From contig NIVC01004357.1 of NCBI GenBank assembly GCA_002269645.1, positions 1-48,901 of the forward strand: 48,901 nucleotides of DNA, written 5' to 3'. The notes under the pieces were generated by a model. That model did not search any database. It worked only from the letters and a program-made list of their open reading frames with translations, and had not been told where the DNA came from. The stretch is from Macrostomum lignano. Taxonomy: Eukaryota. Both the position numbers and the translations under genes were made by a program. Of this stretch, positions 22,688 to 35,909 are shown in pieces. How positions within the stretch are numbered: the first letter of the stretch is position 1; every line of letters begins with the position of its first letter.

Positions 22688-23534
22688 ACTCCTCCTTGAA
22701 TAGTGCCAACTCAGCGTTGAAACTTATATGGGAAGATTGGAAATTATCCGAGGTCGGCTATAGGCTATTTTAATTCTGAAATTTTTATTTCTAAGATCCT
22801 CAAAAAAGCAGAAAACTTGAATCTTGACCTTTGATAATCTTAATTGTCCCCTCTTTCTGCTTGGAGCTGAAAAATGCATGAATTTTTAGTGATTGCGCCA
22901 CAACCTTTCCCTATCTCTGTAGTGTATTTTCTTTCCAGTGGGGGGTGGGAGCGTTCTCAGTGGCTGCGTGTGTACACTTGGACCCTGGCTCACTGGCTGA
23001 CTTTATAGATAATTGCGCAATGATATGGCTACTGATAAGTTTTCCTGCCTTTCAATGGGCAGTCCTGTGTATTTGTTGGACATTGAAATTCAATGCATCA
23101 TCTTGCAAGCAGGCAGTGAACGTACACTCGATACTTCAATGCTATAAATCAGACAGTTTCAAACGCTAACTGTTCCTCGAGTTTTAAACTTTGAGAGGAG
23201 AATCTTACATTGCTGGCAAGATCTTGCAACGCTGAGTTCGGGGATATAAGTTGTTTGCTTTAAATATGAAAAGAAAAAGCACCGCATTTGAAAAACGATT
23301 TCCATACTTTTAACTTTCTGCAAAGATTGTACTTTAATCTGCAAAGATTGTTGGGGGGAGGGTTCAACTTCTCACTGCTGCTGTGTATTAGAGGGTTGAT
23401 TTAGATTGCGCAATGTTTTTGTTAACTTTACCTGAGGCTGATACTGACTGACTGTGAAATCGGTTGCGCAATGAATTGATTCAATTAGTTCAATATTTTT
23501 ATCTGTGCCTTTTAACACGAAGCTGTGCGTAGTT

Positions 23535-23574
23535 CTAACCCTAACCCTAACCCTAACCCTAACCCTAACCCTAA
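23535..23574. repeat. Interstitial telomere-type (CTAACC)6+ tract
   Basis: Read directly; paralog at 42693-42726. Confidence 0.92.
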
Positions 23575-25765
23575 TGAATCTGGCGAGTTGAGTTGTTTGA
23601 CGGAAAAAAATCGATTAAGTCAAGTTTAGCGGAGACGATTTCAATGTTTAAATTCTGACGGAGAAGATTTCTGTTTCGTGGAGAGGATTTCGATGGTGTT
23701 CAGTTTCACGAAAGGATTTCCATAGTGTTCAGTTTCACGGAGAGGATTTCGATTATGTTCAGCTTCACGGAGAGGCTTTCTGTTTCGCGGAGATAATTTA
23801 TGATTGATTTCTGTTTTATGGAAACAATTTTGATGGATTTAAGTTTCAAGGAGAGGATTTCGAAGGAGTCCAGTTTCACTGAGAGGATTTCGATGGTTTT
23901 TAGTTGCACAGACAGGATTTTTGCTTCGCGGAGAGGATCTTGATGGATTTGGCATCTTCAATCAGTCAGAGAAGAGAGTGTAAAGAGAAGACTGAAAAGA
24001 GAAGAGAGAAGAGATGATAGAAAACAGAGTATAATTGAGTGGAGAGATTAGACATGACAGATTGGAGATGATAGGAGAGAGAATAGATGAGGGATAAGAG
24101 CGTACAGAGGCAATAGAAGAGAGGGGAGAGTAGAGGAGAAAGAAAGAGTGAGATGAGGAGATGAGGGATGAGAGAGCAGGGGAGAGAGGAGACAGGAGAG
24201 AGTACAGACGAAAGACTAGGGAGAAGATATAAATAAGGTAGTAAAGATGAGAGGAGAGAGAGGAGAGAGAAGCGAAAGGAGAAGAGAGTGAGGAGAGAGG
24301 AGAGAGATGAAAGGAGCAAGGAAAGGAGAAAAGAGAGAATGGAGAGAATAGAAAAGAGAGAAGAGAAGAGACAGGGGATAGTGAAAAGGAGGAAGAAAGA
24401 TGGGAGACAAGAAAGTAGTGTCAGAGCGTATATGAAATATCAGAAATGAGAGCAGAGAGAAGAGAAAAGAGAAGAGAGAGAGAGGGTTAAGAGAGACGAT
24501 AGATAAGTGAGTAGAGATGACATATGAGAGAGGAGAGAAGAGGGAGAGATAAGAGTGAAGAGAGGAGACAGAAGACAGGAGAAGGTACAGACGAAAGACG
24601 AGGGAGAAGAGATAAATAAGGGAGCAGGGGTAGAGATGAGATGAGAGAGAGGAGAGAGGAGATATGAGAGACTTGAGAGTCTTTGAGCTATGGTCTTTGA
24701 AAGATTTTGTAAAGAATTTGGAGACGATTTGGAAGATAGGGTTAAAGATATGGAATTTCAGTTGATGGATATTTCAGGGAATAGAATTCCGGTGATGGGA
24801 GTTCTTCCCCTTTCTCCTCCGAAGGAGGAGTTCCACTCGTATATACTAAAGTTGACGCGTTGTTTGTCTGTCTGTATGTCTGTCTGTATGTCTGTCTGTC
24901 ATTTCGACAACTCCTCCTTGAATAGTGCCAACTCAGCGTTGAAACTTATATGGGAAGATTGGAAATTATCCGAGGTCGGCTATAGGCTATTTTAATTCTG
25001 AAATTTTAATTTCTAAGATCCTCAAAAAAGCAGAAAACTCTAATCTTGACCTTTGATAATCTTAATTGTCCCCTCTTTCTGCTCGGAGCTGAAAAAATGC
25101 ATGAATTTTTAGTGATTGCGCCACAACTTTTCCCTATCTCTGTAGTGTATTTTCTTTCCAGTGGGGGTGGGAGCGTTCTCAGTGGCTGCGTGTGTACACT
25201 TGGACCCTGGCTCACTGGCTGACTGTATAGATAATTGCGCAATGATATGGCTACTGATAAGTTTTCCTGCCTTTCAATGGGCAGCCCTGTGTATTTGTTG
25301 GACATTGAAATTCAATGCATCAACTTGCAAGCAGGCAGTGAACGTACACTCGATACTTCAATGCTATAAATCAGACAGTTTCAAACCCTAACTGTTCCTC
25401 GAGTTTTAAACTTTGAGAGGAGAGACTTATATTGCTGGAAAGATCTTGCAACGCTGAGTTTAGGGATATAAGTTGTTTGCTTTAAATATGAAAAGAAAAA
25501 GCACCGCATTTAAAAAACTATTTCCATACTTTTAACTTTCTGCATAAATTGTACTCAGTTTTGCGAGACGTAATAGATAAAGCTGGGGGAGGGTTTAACT
25601 TCTCACAGCTGCTGTGTATTGGAGGGTTGATTTAGATTGCGCAATCTTTTTTTTAACTTTAACTGAGACTAATACTGACTGACTGTGAAATCGGTTGCGC
25701 AATGAATTGATTCAATTAGTTCAATATTTTTATCAGTGCCTTTTAACAAGAAGCTGTGCGTAGTT

Positions 25766-25801
25766 CTAACCCTAACCCTAACCCTAACCCTAACCCTAAC
25801 C
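25766..25801. repeat. Interstitial telomere-type (CTAACC)6 tract
   Basis: Read directly. Confidence 0.92.
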
Positions 25802-28705
25802 AATGAATCCGGAGAGTTGAGTTGTTTGACGGAAAAAATTCGATTGAGTCCAGTTTAGCGGAGACGATTTCAATGTTTTAATTTTGACGGAGAGGATTTC
25901 TGTTTCGTGGAGAGGATTTCGATGGTGTTCAGTTTCACGGAGAGGATTTTGATGATGTTCAGCCTCACGGAGAGGATTTCTGTTTCGCGGAGATAATTAA
26001 TGATTGATTTCTGCTTTATGGAGACGATTTTGATGGATTTTAGTTTCAAGGAGAGGATTTCGAAGCAGTCCAGTTTCACGGAGAGGATTTCGAAGGAGTC
26101 CAGTTTCACGGAGAGGATTTCGATGGTTTTCAGTTGCACGGACAGGATTTCTGCTTCGCGGAGAAGATCTTGATAGATTTGGCATCTTTAATCAGTCAGA
26201 GAAGAGAGTAAAGAGAAGAATGAAAAGAGAAGAGAGATGAAATGATAGAAAACAGAGTAGAAATGAGTGGAGAGATTAGACATGACAGATGGGAGAGAAG
26301 AGGGGAGTAAGGCGGGAACGAAGGAGAGAGAAGAGAAGAGGAGAGAGGAGATGAAGGGAGAGGATATGAGAGAGGAGATATGAGATAGCAGAGAGGAGAC
26401 AGGAGAGAGAAGAAAGGAGGGATAAGAGTGTACAGAGGCAATAGAAGAGAGGAAAGAGAGGAGAGAGGTGAGAGGTGAGAGGAGAGAGATGAAAGATCAG
26501 AGATCAGAGATTTAAGAGAAGAAAGTAGTAAGGAGAAAGAAGAGGGTAAAGATGAGAGTGCAGAGAGGAGAGAAACGAGAGGAGACAGGTGGTAGAAAGG
26601 AGTGTAAAAAACAGGAGATAAGAAAGGAGAGGGTGAGAGTGAGAGCATATACGAAAGTGTAAAAGGGGAGCAGAGGAGAGAGAATAGATAAGTGAGTAGA
26701 GAAGAGATATGAGAGAGGAAAGACGAGGGAGAGAGGAGACAGGAGAGAGTAAATTTGAAAGACCTGGGAGAAGAGATAAATAAGATAGTACAGATGAGAG
26801 GAGAGAGAGGAGAGAAGAGAGAATGGAGAGGAGAGGAGACAGGTGATGCAGTAGAAAGGAGGGAAGAAAAATGGGAGATAAGAAAGGAGAGGTTGAGAGC
26901 GTATAAGAGATACGAGAAATGAGAGCAGAGAGAAGAGAGAAAAGGGAAGAGAGAAAGTAGAGCGGAGACGATAGATAAGTGATTAGAGATGAGATATGAG
27001 AGAGGAGAGAAAAGGGGAGAGATAAGATAGAAGATAGGAGAGTAGACAGGAGAGGGTAAAGAAGAAAGACGAGGGAGAAGAGATAAATAAGGGAGTAGAG
27101 ATAAATAAGAGAGTAGGGGTAGAGATGAGATGAGAGAGAGGAGAGAGAAGCGAGTCACGATAATAGCGAAGAGAGGAGAGAGTAGATATGAGAGACGTAA
27201 GAGTCTTTGAGCTATGGTCTTTGAAAGGTTTGTAAAGAATTTGGAGACGATTTGGAAGATGGGGTTCAAGACATGGAATTTCAGTTGATGGATAATTCAG
27301 GGAATGGAATTCCGGTGATGGGAGTTCTTCCCCTTTCTCCTCCGAAGGAGGAGTTCCACTCGTATATACTAAAGTTGACGTGTTGTTTGTCTGTCTGTCT
27401 GTCTGTCATTTCGACAACTCCTCCTTGAATAGTGCCAACTCAGCGTTGAAACTTATATGGGAAGATTGGAAATTATCCGAGGTCGGCTATAGGCTATTTT
27501 AATTCTGAAATTTTAATTTCTAAGATCCTCAAAAAAGCAGAAAACGGCGGTCTTGACCTTTGATAATCTTAATTGTCCCCTCTTTCTGCTTGGAGCTGAA
27601 AAAATGCATGAATTTTTAATGATTGCGCCACAACTTTTTCCTATCTCTGTAGTGTATTTTCTTTCCAGTGGGGGGTGGGAGCGTTCTCAGTGGCTGCGTG
27701 TGTACACTTGGACCCTGGCTCACTGGCTGACTTTATAGATAATTGCGCAATGATATGGCTACTGATAAGTTTTCCTGCCTTTCAATGGGCAGTCCTGTGT
27801 ATTTGTTGGACATTGAAATTCAATGCATCAACTTTCAAGCAGGCAGTGAACGTACACTCGATACTTCAATGCTATAAATCAGACAGTTTTAAACGCTAAC
27901 TGTTCCTCGAGTTTTAAACTTTGAGAGGAGAAACTTATATTGCTGGCAAGATCTTGCAACGCTGAGTTCGGGGATATAATTTGTTTGCTTTAAATATGAA
28001 AAGAAAAAGCACAGCATTTGAAAAAGTATTTCCATACTTTTAACTTTCTGCAAAGATTGTACTCAGTTTTGCGACACGTAATAGACAAAGTTGGGGGGAG
28101 GGTTCAACTTCTCACTGCTGCTGTGTATTGGAGGGTCGATTTAGATTGCGCAATGTTTTTAATAACTTTAACTGAGACTGATACTGACTGACTGCGAAAT
28201 CGGTTGCGCAATGAATTGATTCAATTAGTTCAATATTTTTATCAGTGCCTTTTAACACGAAGCTGTGTGTAGTTCTAACCCTAACCCTAACCTAACCCTA
28301 GCCCTAACCAATGAATCCGGAGAGTTAAGTTGTTTGACGGAAAAAAATTGATTGAGTCCAGTTAGCGGAGACGATTTCAATGTTTTGATTTTGACGGAGA
28401 GGATTTCTGTTGCGTGGAGAGGATTTCGATGGTGTTCAGTTTCACGGAGAGTATTTCTGTTTCGCGGAGATAATTTATGATTGATTTCTGTTTTATGGAG
28501 ACGATTTCAATGGATTTAAGTTTCAAGGAGAGGATTTCAATGGTTTTCAGTTGCACGGACTGCTTTGCGGAGAGGATCTTGATGAATTTGGCATCTTCAA
28601 TCAGTCAGAGAAGAGAGTAAAGAGAAGAATGAAAAGAGAAGAGAGATGAGATGATAGAAAACAGAGTAGAAATGAGTGGAGAGATTAGACATGACAGATG
28701 GGAGA

Positions 28706-28766
28706 CTTAGCTGCAGGGCTGTCCCGGGGGGACACAGCGGGAAGGCGCGAACGCCCATTCCGCTAA
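28706..28766. other. 61-bp GC-rich structured insert flanked by 12-bp direct repeat ACAGATGGGAGA
   Basis: Direct repeats at 28694-28705 and 28767-28778. Other units have a single ACAGAT(G/T)GGAGA at this position. Confidence 0.8.
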
Positions 28767-31110
28767 ACAGATGGGAGAGAAGAGGGGAGTAAGGCCGGAA
28801 CAAAGGAGGGAGAAGAGAAAAGGAGATAGGAGATGAGAGGGGAGATATGAGATAACAGAGGGAGACAAGAGAGATGACAGGATAGAGAATAGATGAGGGA
28901 TAAGAGCGTACAGAGGAAATAGAAGAGAGGGGAAAGTAGAGGAGAAAGAAAGAGTGAGATGAAGGATGAGAGATGAGAGAGGAGGGGAGAGAGAAGAGAG
29001 GAGAAAAGAGGGGAGGAAGGAGACAGGAGAGAGTAGAGACGAAAGACTAGGGAGAAGATATAAATAAGGTAGTAGAGATGAGAGGAGAGAGAGGAGAGAG
29101 AAGCGAGAGGAGAAGAGAGAGAGGAGAGAGGAGAGAGATGAAAGATCAGAGATGAGAGAGTTAAGAGAGGAAAGTAGTGAGGAGAGGAGGGATGAGAGAT
29201 GCGATGAGAAGAGATGAGTGAGGACATAACAGAGAAGAGATTAGAGATTAGAGAAGAGAGGGGAGAAGATGAAAGGAGCAAGGAGAGGAGAGAAGAGAGG
29301 GGAGAAGATGAAAGGAGCAAGGAGAGGAGAGAAGAGAGAATGGAGAGGATAGAAAAGAGAGAAGAGAAGAGACAGGGGATAGTGGAAAGGAGGAAAGAAG
29401 GATGGGAGACAAGAAAGTAGAGTGTGAGAGCGTATATGAGATATGAAAAATGAGAGCAGAGAGGAGAGAAAAGAGAGTCACGATAATAGCAAAGAGAGGA
29501 GAGAGGAGATATCAGAGACGTGAGAGTCGTTGAGCCATGGTATTTGAAAGGTTCTGTAAAGAATTTGGAGACGATTGGGAATATAGGGTTCAAGAAATGC
29601 AATTTAAGTTGATGGATATTTCAGGGAATGGAATTCCGGTGATGGGAGTTCTTCCCCTTTCTCCTCCGAAGGAGGAGTTCCACTCGTAAATACTAAAGTT
29701 GGTGCGATGTTTGTGCGTCCGTTTGTTGCATAACTCCTCCCAGACTACTCGCAAGTCAGTGTTGAAACTTATATGGGAAAACTGCAAATTGTCCGAGGAT
29801 GGCTTTAGGCTATTAAAATTTTGCATTTTCGTATTTTAAGATCCCTAAAAAAGCAGAAATAGTATAACAATAGGGATTACGATCACCTTGCGCAACTCTT
29901 AATGATTACGCCACAACAGCTGGCCTATCTGTGTAGTGTATTCTTTTAACTGAGGGGGTGTAGCCAAGTACAAGTACAAATAGTACAGATTTTTTTAGTG
30001 ATTGCGCCACAACTGTGTGCACTGAGCAATGGAGCAAATAGAACCCCCCCGTGTTAGGGATGTTGAGGCGGCAGTGAAATTCAATGAATAAACGTGCGAG
30101 CCTCCCCCTGTAGCAGGCAGTGAATGTACTCTTAAAAATTCAATGCTCTAAATCAGAAAAATTTAAACGTTAACTGTTCCTCGAGTTTTAAACTTTGAAG
30201 GGAGAGACTTATATTGCTGGAAAGATCTTGCAACGCTGAGTTCGGGGATATAAGTTGTTTGCTTTAAATGTGTAAAGAAAAAGCACAGCATTCGAAAAAC
30301 GATTTCTATACTTTTACTTTCTGCAAAGATTGTGCTCATTTTTGCAGACGTAATAGATAAAGTTAGGTGCTTTAATCTCTAACAAACGGACTATAGCACT
30401 CAGTGTGCTTTAGTGGTGGTGGGGGTGCGGTCGCTGTGTATTGGAGAGTTGATTTGCATTGCGTAATAATTTTAACTGAGACTGCTACTGACTGACTGAG
30501 AAATTGATTGCGCCATTAATTTGTTTTATTATCTCTGCCTTTCAATAGGCAGCCCTGTGTTGGACATTGAAATTCAATGCATTAACTTAGGAGTGTCTTT
30601 AGCACGCAGTAAACGTACACTCGATATTTTTATGCTTTTACTGTGCTTTTAATCGGAGAGTTTCAAATGCAAACTGTTGCTCGAGTTTTTAACTTTGAGA
30701 GGAGAGACTTATATTGCTGGAAAGATCTTTCAATGCTGAGTTCAGGGATATAAGTTGTTTGCTTTAAATGTGAAAAGAAATGCACAGCATTCGAAAAATG
30801 ATTTCCATACTTTTAGCTTTCTGCAAAGATTGTACTCAGTTTTGCAAGATATAATAGATAAAGTTGTGGGGGGGTTCAACTTCTTACTGCCGCTGTGTAT
30901 TGGAGGGTTGATTTAGATTGCGCAATCATTTTGTTAACTTTAACTTAGACTGATACTGGCTGAATGAGAAATCGGTTGCGCAGTAAATTGATTCAACTAA
31001 ATCAATATTTTTATCGGCGCCTTTCAACCCGCAGCTCTGTGCAGCTCTAACCCTAACCCAATGAATCCTCAGAGTTGAGTTCTTTTTAACGGAGAAAATT
31101 TCCATTGAGT

Positions 31111-31708
31111 CCAGTTTCACGGAGAGGATTTCTGTTTCGCGGAGAGGATTTCGATGGTATTCAGTTTCACGGAGAGGATTTCTGTTTCGCGAAGAGCATT
31201 TCGATGGTGTTCAGTTTCGCGGAGAGGATTTCGATGGTATTCAGTTTCACGGAGAGGATTTCTGTTTCGCGAAGAGCATTTCGATGGTGTTCAGTTTCGC
31301 GGAGAGGATTTCGATGGTATTCAGTTTCACGGAGAGGATTTCTGTTTCGCGAAGAGCATTTCGATGGTGTTCAGTTTCGCGGAGAGGATTTCGATGGTAT
31401 TCAGTTTCACGGAGAGGATTTCTGTTTCGCGAAGAGCATTTCGATGGTGTTCAGTTTCGCGGAGAGGATTTCGATGGTATTCAGTTTCACGGAGAGGATT
31501 TCTGTTTCGCGAAGAGCATTTCGATGGTGTTCAGTTTCGCGGAGAGGATTTCGATGGTATTCAGTTTCACGGAGAGGATTTCTGTTTCGCGAAGAGCATT
31601 TCGATGGTGTTCAGTTTCGCGGAGAGGATTTCGATGGTATTCAGTTTCACGGAGAGGATTTCTGTTTCGCGAAGAGCATTTCGATGGTGTTCAGTTTCGC
31701 GGAGAGGA
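31111..31708. repeat. 80-bp higher-order minisatellite (30+20+30-bp subunits), 7 perfect copies plus partial flanks
   Basis: GGAGAGGATTTCGATGGTAT recurs at 31141, 31221, 31301, 31381, 31461, 31541 and 31621 with identical intervening sequence. Confidence 0.95.
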
Positions 31709-32213
31709 GTTGGATGATGGGATTCGGCTGATGAATTTCAGGGTTCCGGTGGAGTTCCGGTGATGGGAGTTCTTCCCCTTTCTCCTCCAGAGGAGGAGTT
31801 GGCCTCGTCTCTTCTCCTAATACTAAAGTTGGTGCGATGTTTGTGCGTCCGTTTGTTGCATAACTCCTCCCAGACTACTCGCAAGTCAGTGTTGAAACTT
31901 ATATGGGAAAACTGCAAATTGTCCGAGGATTGCTTTAGGCTATTAAAATTTTGCATTTTCATGTTTTAAGATCCCTAAAAAAGCAGAAATAGTATAACAA
32001 TAGGGATTACGATTACCTTGCGCAACTCTTAATGATTACGCCACAACAGCTGGCCTATCTGTGTAGTGTATTCTTTTAACTGAGGGGGTGTAGCCGGGCC
32101 GGTTGACAAACTTTTTTAGCGATTGCGCCACAACTGTGTGCATTGAGCAATGGAGCAAATAGAACCCCCCGTGTTAGGGGTGTTGAGGCGGCAGTGAAAT
32201 TCAATGAATAAAC

Positions 32214-32307
32214 GTGCGAGCCTCCCACAGTAGCAGGTAGTAAATGTACTCTTAAAAAAAATGTGCGAGCCTCCCACAGTAGCAGGTAGTAAATGTACTC
32301 TTAAAAA
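32214..32307. repeat. 49-bp local tandem duplication
   Basis: GTGCGAGCCTCCCACAGTAGCAGGTAGTAAATGTACTCTTAAAAA at 32214 and 32263. Confidence 0.9.
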
Positions 32308-35300
32308 TTCAATGCTCTAAATCAGAAAAATTTAAACGTTAACTGTTCCTCGAGTTTTAAACTTTGAAGGGAGAGACTTATATTGCTGGAAAGATCTTGC
32401 GACGCTGAGTTCGGGGATATAATTTGTTTGCTTTAAATATAGACTAAAAGCACAGCATCAAAAAAACTATTTCCATACTTTTAGCTTTCTGCAAAGATTG
32501 TACTCATTTTGGGGTTAAATGGGCGTTCGACCGACCCCCAACAGTTGGGGGTTCAATTTCTAGCTGCCACTGCGTTTTGAAGAGGGGTCGGTCGCTGTGT
32601 ACTGGAGGGTTGATATAGATTGCGCAATCTTTTTGTTAACTTTAACTGAGACTGATACTGACTGACTGACTGAGAAATACATTGCGCAATCAATTGATTC
32701 AATCAAATAAATATTTTATCGGCGCTTTTCAACACGCAGCTGTGTGCAGCTCTAACCCTAACCCTAACCAATGAATCCTGAGAGTTGAGTTTTTTTCGAC
32801 GGAGAAAATTTTGATTGAGGCCAGTTTCACGGAGAGGATTTCTGTTTCGCGGAGACGATTTTGATGCTGTTCAGTTTCACGGAGAGGATTTTGATGGATT
32901 TGGAGAACAGTTGGATGATGAGATTTGGGTCATGGGATTCAGCTGATGAATTTCAGGAAATGGAATTCCGGTGATGGGAGTTCTTCCCCTTTCTCCTCCA
33001 TCGGAGGAGTTGGCCTTCTTATATCTAAAGCTGAGTGGATCGATCGACCGGCCGGGTTTAACGCGTATCTCCTCCTAGACGGCTGGCAACTCAAATGCGA
33101 GACTTATATATATCAATGTATAATTTTCCTACGCAACAAATAGGCTATTTTAATGTTGAAAATTTAAAAGTTAAGTCTGTTAAAAAAGCAGAAAACTGTT
33201 TTCTTAACCTTCTTTGGCCACTTTGCCTCTCCAGTGGCATAGTTGTAAAAACAACCACCCCAACCTCCTTCCGCGGGTCGCTGTGTTTTGGAGGGGTGGG
33301 TGATGCGTGTTCTGGGTTCAATGCTAATAAAACCGCGTGTTGGGGTGGGGGTGCAGTAAAATTTAATGATTCCCCAGGAATAGGGGGGGGGAGGGTTTGG
33401 GCTGAGTGTACATAGCAAAGTACATTGTAAACAGAGAGATTCAATTGGTTTTATTACCGGCGCCTTTTAAAAGGCAGCCCTGTGTATTAGCTGGACAGTG
33501 AAATTCAATGAATAAACAGAAGGCAGGTGTATGTACACGCGATACTTAATGCTTTACATCGGGAAGTTCAAACGTTAAATGTTCCTCGAATTTTAAACTT
33601 TGAGAGGAGAGACTTATATTGCTGGAAGGATCTTGCAACGCTGAATTCGGGGATGTAAGTTATTTGCTTTAAATATGAAAACAAAAAGCACAGCATTGAA
33701 AAAACGATTTCCATACTTTTAAACTTTCTGCCAAGATTGTAGTTGGGCAGCGGGGGGTTGCGTACACAAATTCAAGCCAGCTTTCATTTGAGTAATTTCA
33801 GTAATGGAGGAGGCGGGTGACAAATTTCAATTGGCTTGATTATCGGCGCTTTCAGTCCGTCAGATAAGAGAGTAGAGAGAAGAGAGGATAGAAAGATGAT
33901 AGAAAAGACAGTAGATATGAGAGATGAGAGATTAAAGACGACAGAGGGGAGAGAAGAGGGGAGTGAGGCGGGAATGATGAAGAGGGAGAGCGAAGAGAAT
34001 GTAGAGGGAAGAAAGGAGGGGAGAGAGGAAAAATGAGAGAGCAAAGGAGGGAGAAAAAAAGATAGGAGGAGAGAGGAGGGATAAGAGAGTACAGAGGAGA
34101 GAGAAGAGAGAGGAGAGATAAGACAGGAGACGGTAGAGAGGAGAGGGGAAGAATGAGAGATGAAAAAGGAGAGGGTAAGAGAGAAAATAGGAGTATGAGA
34201 AATGAGAGCAGAGAGAAGAGATTAGATAAAGGAGCAAAGAGGAGAGAGGAGACAGGAGAGATTCTCAGTCTGGACGATGGCAGGCAGTCAATTTTTGCAA
34301 ACAGGTAAAACAACATGGTTTTTGGGAGGTTAATAGAGGATTTGGAGAGGATTTGGACGATGAGATTCGTGTCATTGGATTCAGCTGATGGATTTCAGGG
34401 AATGAAATTCTGGCGATGGGAGTTCTATCCCCTTACTCCGCCAACGGAGGAGTTGGCCTCGTCTATCTATCTATCTATCTATCTTCTATATATACTAAAG
34501 TTGACGCGTTGTTTGTCTGTCTGTCTGTGTGTCTGTCTGTCATTTCGACAACTCCTCCTTGAATAGTGCCAACTCAGCGTTGAAACTTATATGGGAAGAT
34601 TGGAAATTATCCGAGGTCGGCTATAGGCTATTTTAATTCTGAAATTTTAATTTCCAAGATCCTCAAAAAAGCAGAAAACTTGAATCTTGACCTTTGATAA
34701 TCTTAATTGTCCCCTCTTTCTGCTTGGAGCTGAAAAATGCATGAATTTTTAGTGATTGCGCCACAACTTTTCCCTATCTCTGTAGTGTATTTTCTTTCCA
34801 GTGGGGGTGGGAGCGTTCTCAGTGGCTGCGTGTGTACACTTGGACCCTGGCTCACTGGCTGACTGTATAGATAATTGCGCAATGATATGGCTACTGATAA
34901 GTTTTCCTGCCTTTCAATGGGCAGCCCTGTGTATTTGTTGGACATTGAAATTCAATGCATCAACTTGCAAGCAGGCAGTCAACGTACACTCGATACTTCA
35001 ATGCTATAAATCAGACAGTTTTAAACGCTAACTGTTCCTCGAGTTTTAAACTTTGATAGGAGAAACTTATATTGCTGGAAAGATCTTGCAACGCTGAGTT
35101 CGGGGATATAAGTTGTTTGCTTTAAATATGAAAAGAAAAAGCACAGCATTTGAAAAAGTATTTCCATACTTTTAACTTTCTGCAAAAATTGTACTCAGTT
35201 TTGCGAGACGTAATAGACAAAGTTGGAGGGAGGGTTCAACTTCTCACTGCTGCTGTGTATTGGAGGGTTGATTTAGATTGCGCAATGTTTTTAATAACTT

Positions 35301-35414
35301 TAACTGAGACTGATACTGACTGACTGTGAAATCGGTTGCGCAATGAATTGATTCAATTATTGCAATAGTTCAATATTTTTATCAGTGCCTTTTAACACGA
35401 AGCTGTGTGTAGTT

Positions 35415-35450
35415 CTAACCCTAACCCTAACCCTAACCCTAACCCTAACC
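35415..35450. repeat. Interstitial telomere-type (CTAACC)6 tract
   Basis: Read directly. Confidence 0.92.
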
Positions 35451-35848
35451 AATGAATCCGGAGAGTTAAGTTGTTTGACGGAAAAAAAAATTGATTGAGT
35501 CCAGTTAGCGGAGACGATTTCAATGTTTTAATTTTGACGGAGAGGATTTCTGTTTCGTGGAGAGGATTTCGATGGTGTTCAGTTTCACGGAGAGTATTTC
35601 TGTTTCGCGGAGATAATTTATGATTGATTTCTGTTTTATGGAGACGATTTTGATGAATTTAAGTTTCAAGGAGAAGATTTCAATGGTTTTCAGTTGCACG
35701 GACTGCTTCTCGGAGAGGATCTTGATGAATTTGGCATCTTCAATCAGTCAGAGAAGAGAGTAAAGAGAAGAATGAAAAGAGAAGAGAGATGAGATGATAG
35801 AAAACAGAGTAGAAATGAGTGGAGAGATTAGACATGACAGATGGGAGA

Positions 35849-35909
35849 CTTAGCTGCAGGGCTGTCCCGGGGGGACACAGCGGGAAGGCGCGAACGCCCA
35901 TTCCGCTAA
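35849..35909. other. Second, identical copy of the 61-bp GC-rich insert
   Basis: Same sequence and same 12-bp flanking repeat (35837-35848, 35910-35921). Confidence 0.8.

Noticed and set aside
23535-23574. True chromosome end or telomerase-healed break
   Set aside because: The tracts are at most ~40 bp and are embedded at a fixed internal position with conserved flanks on both sides.
31141-31700. CRISPR-like appearance of the regular repeats (also the 48-bp and 56-bp arrays)
   Set aside because: No unique spacers, no cas genes, and a eukaryotic context.
31105-31763. Three overlapping + strand ORFs of 159-208 aa
   Set aside because: Open in all frames only because of the stop-free 80-bp tandem repeat.
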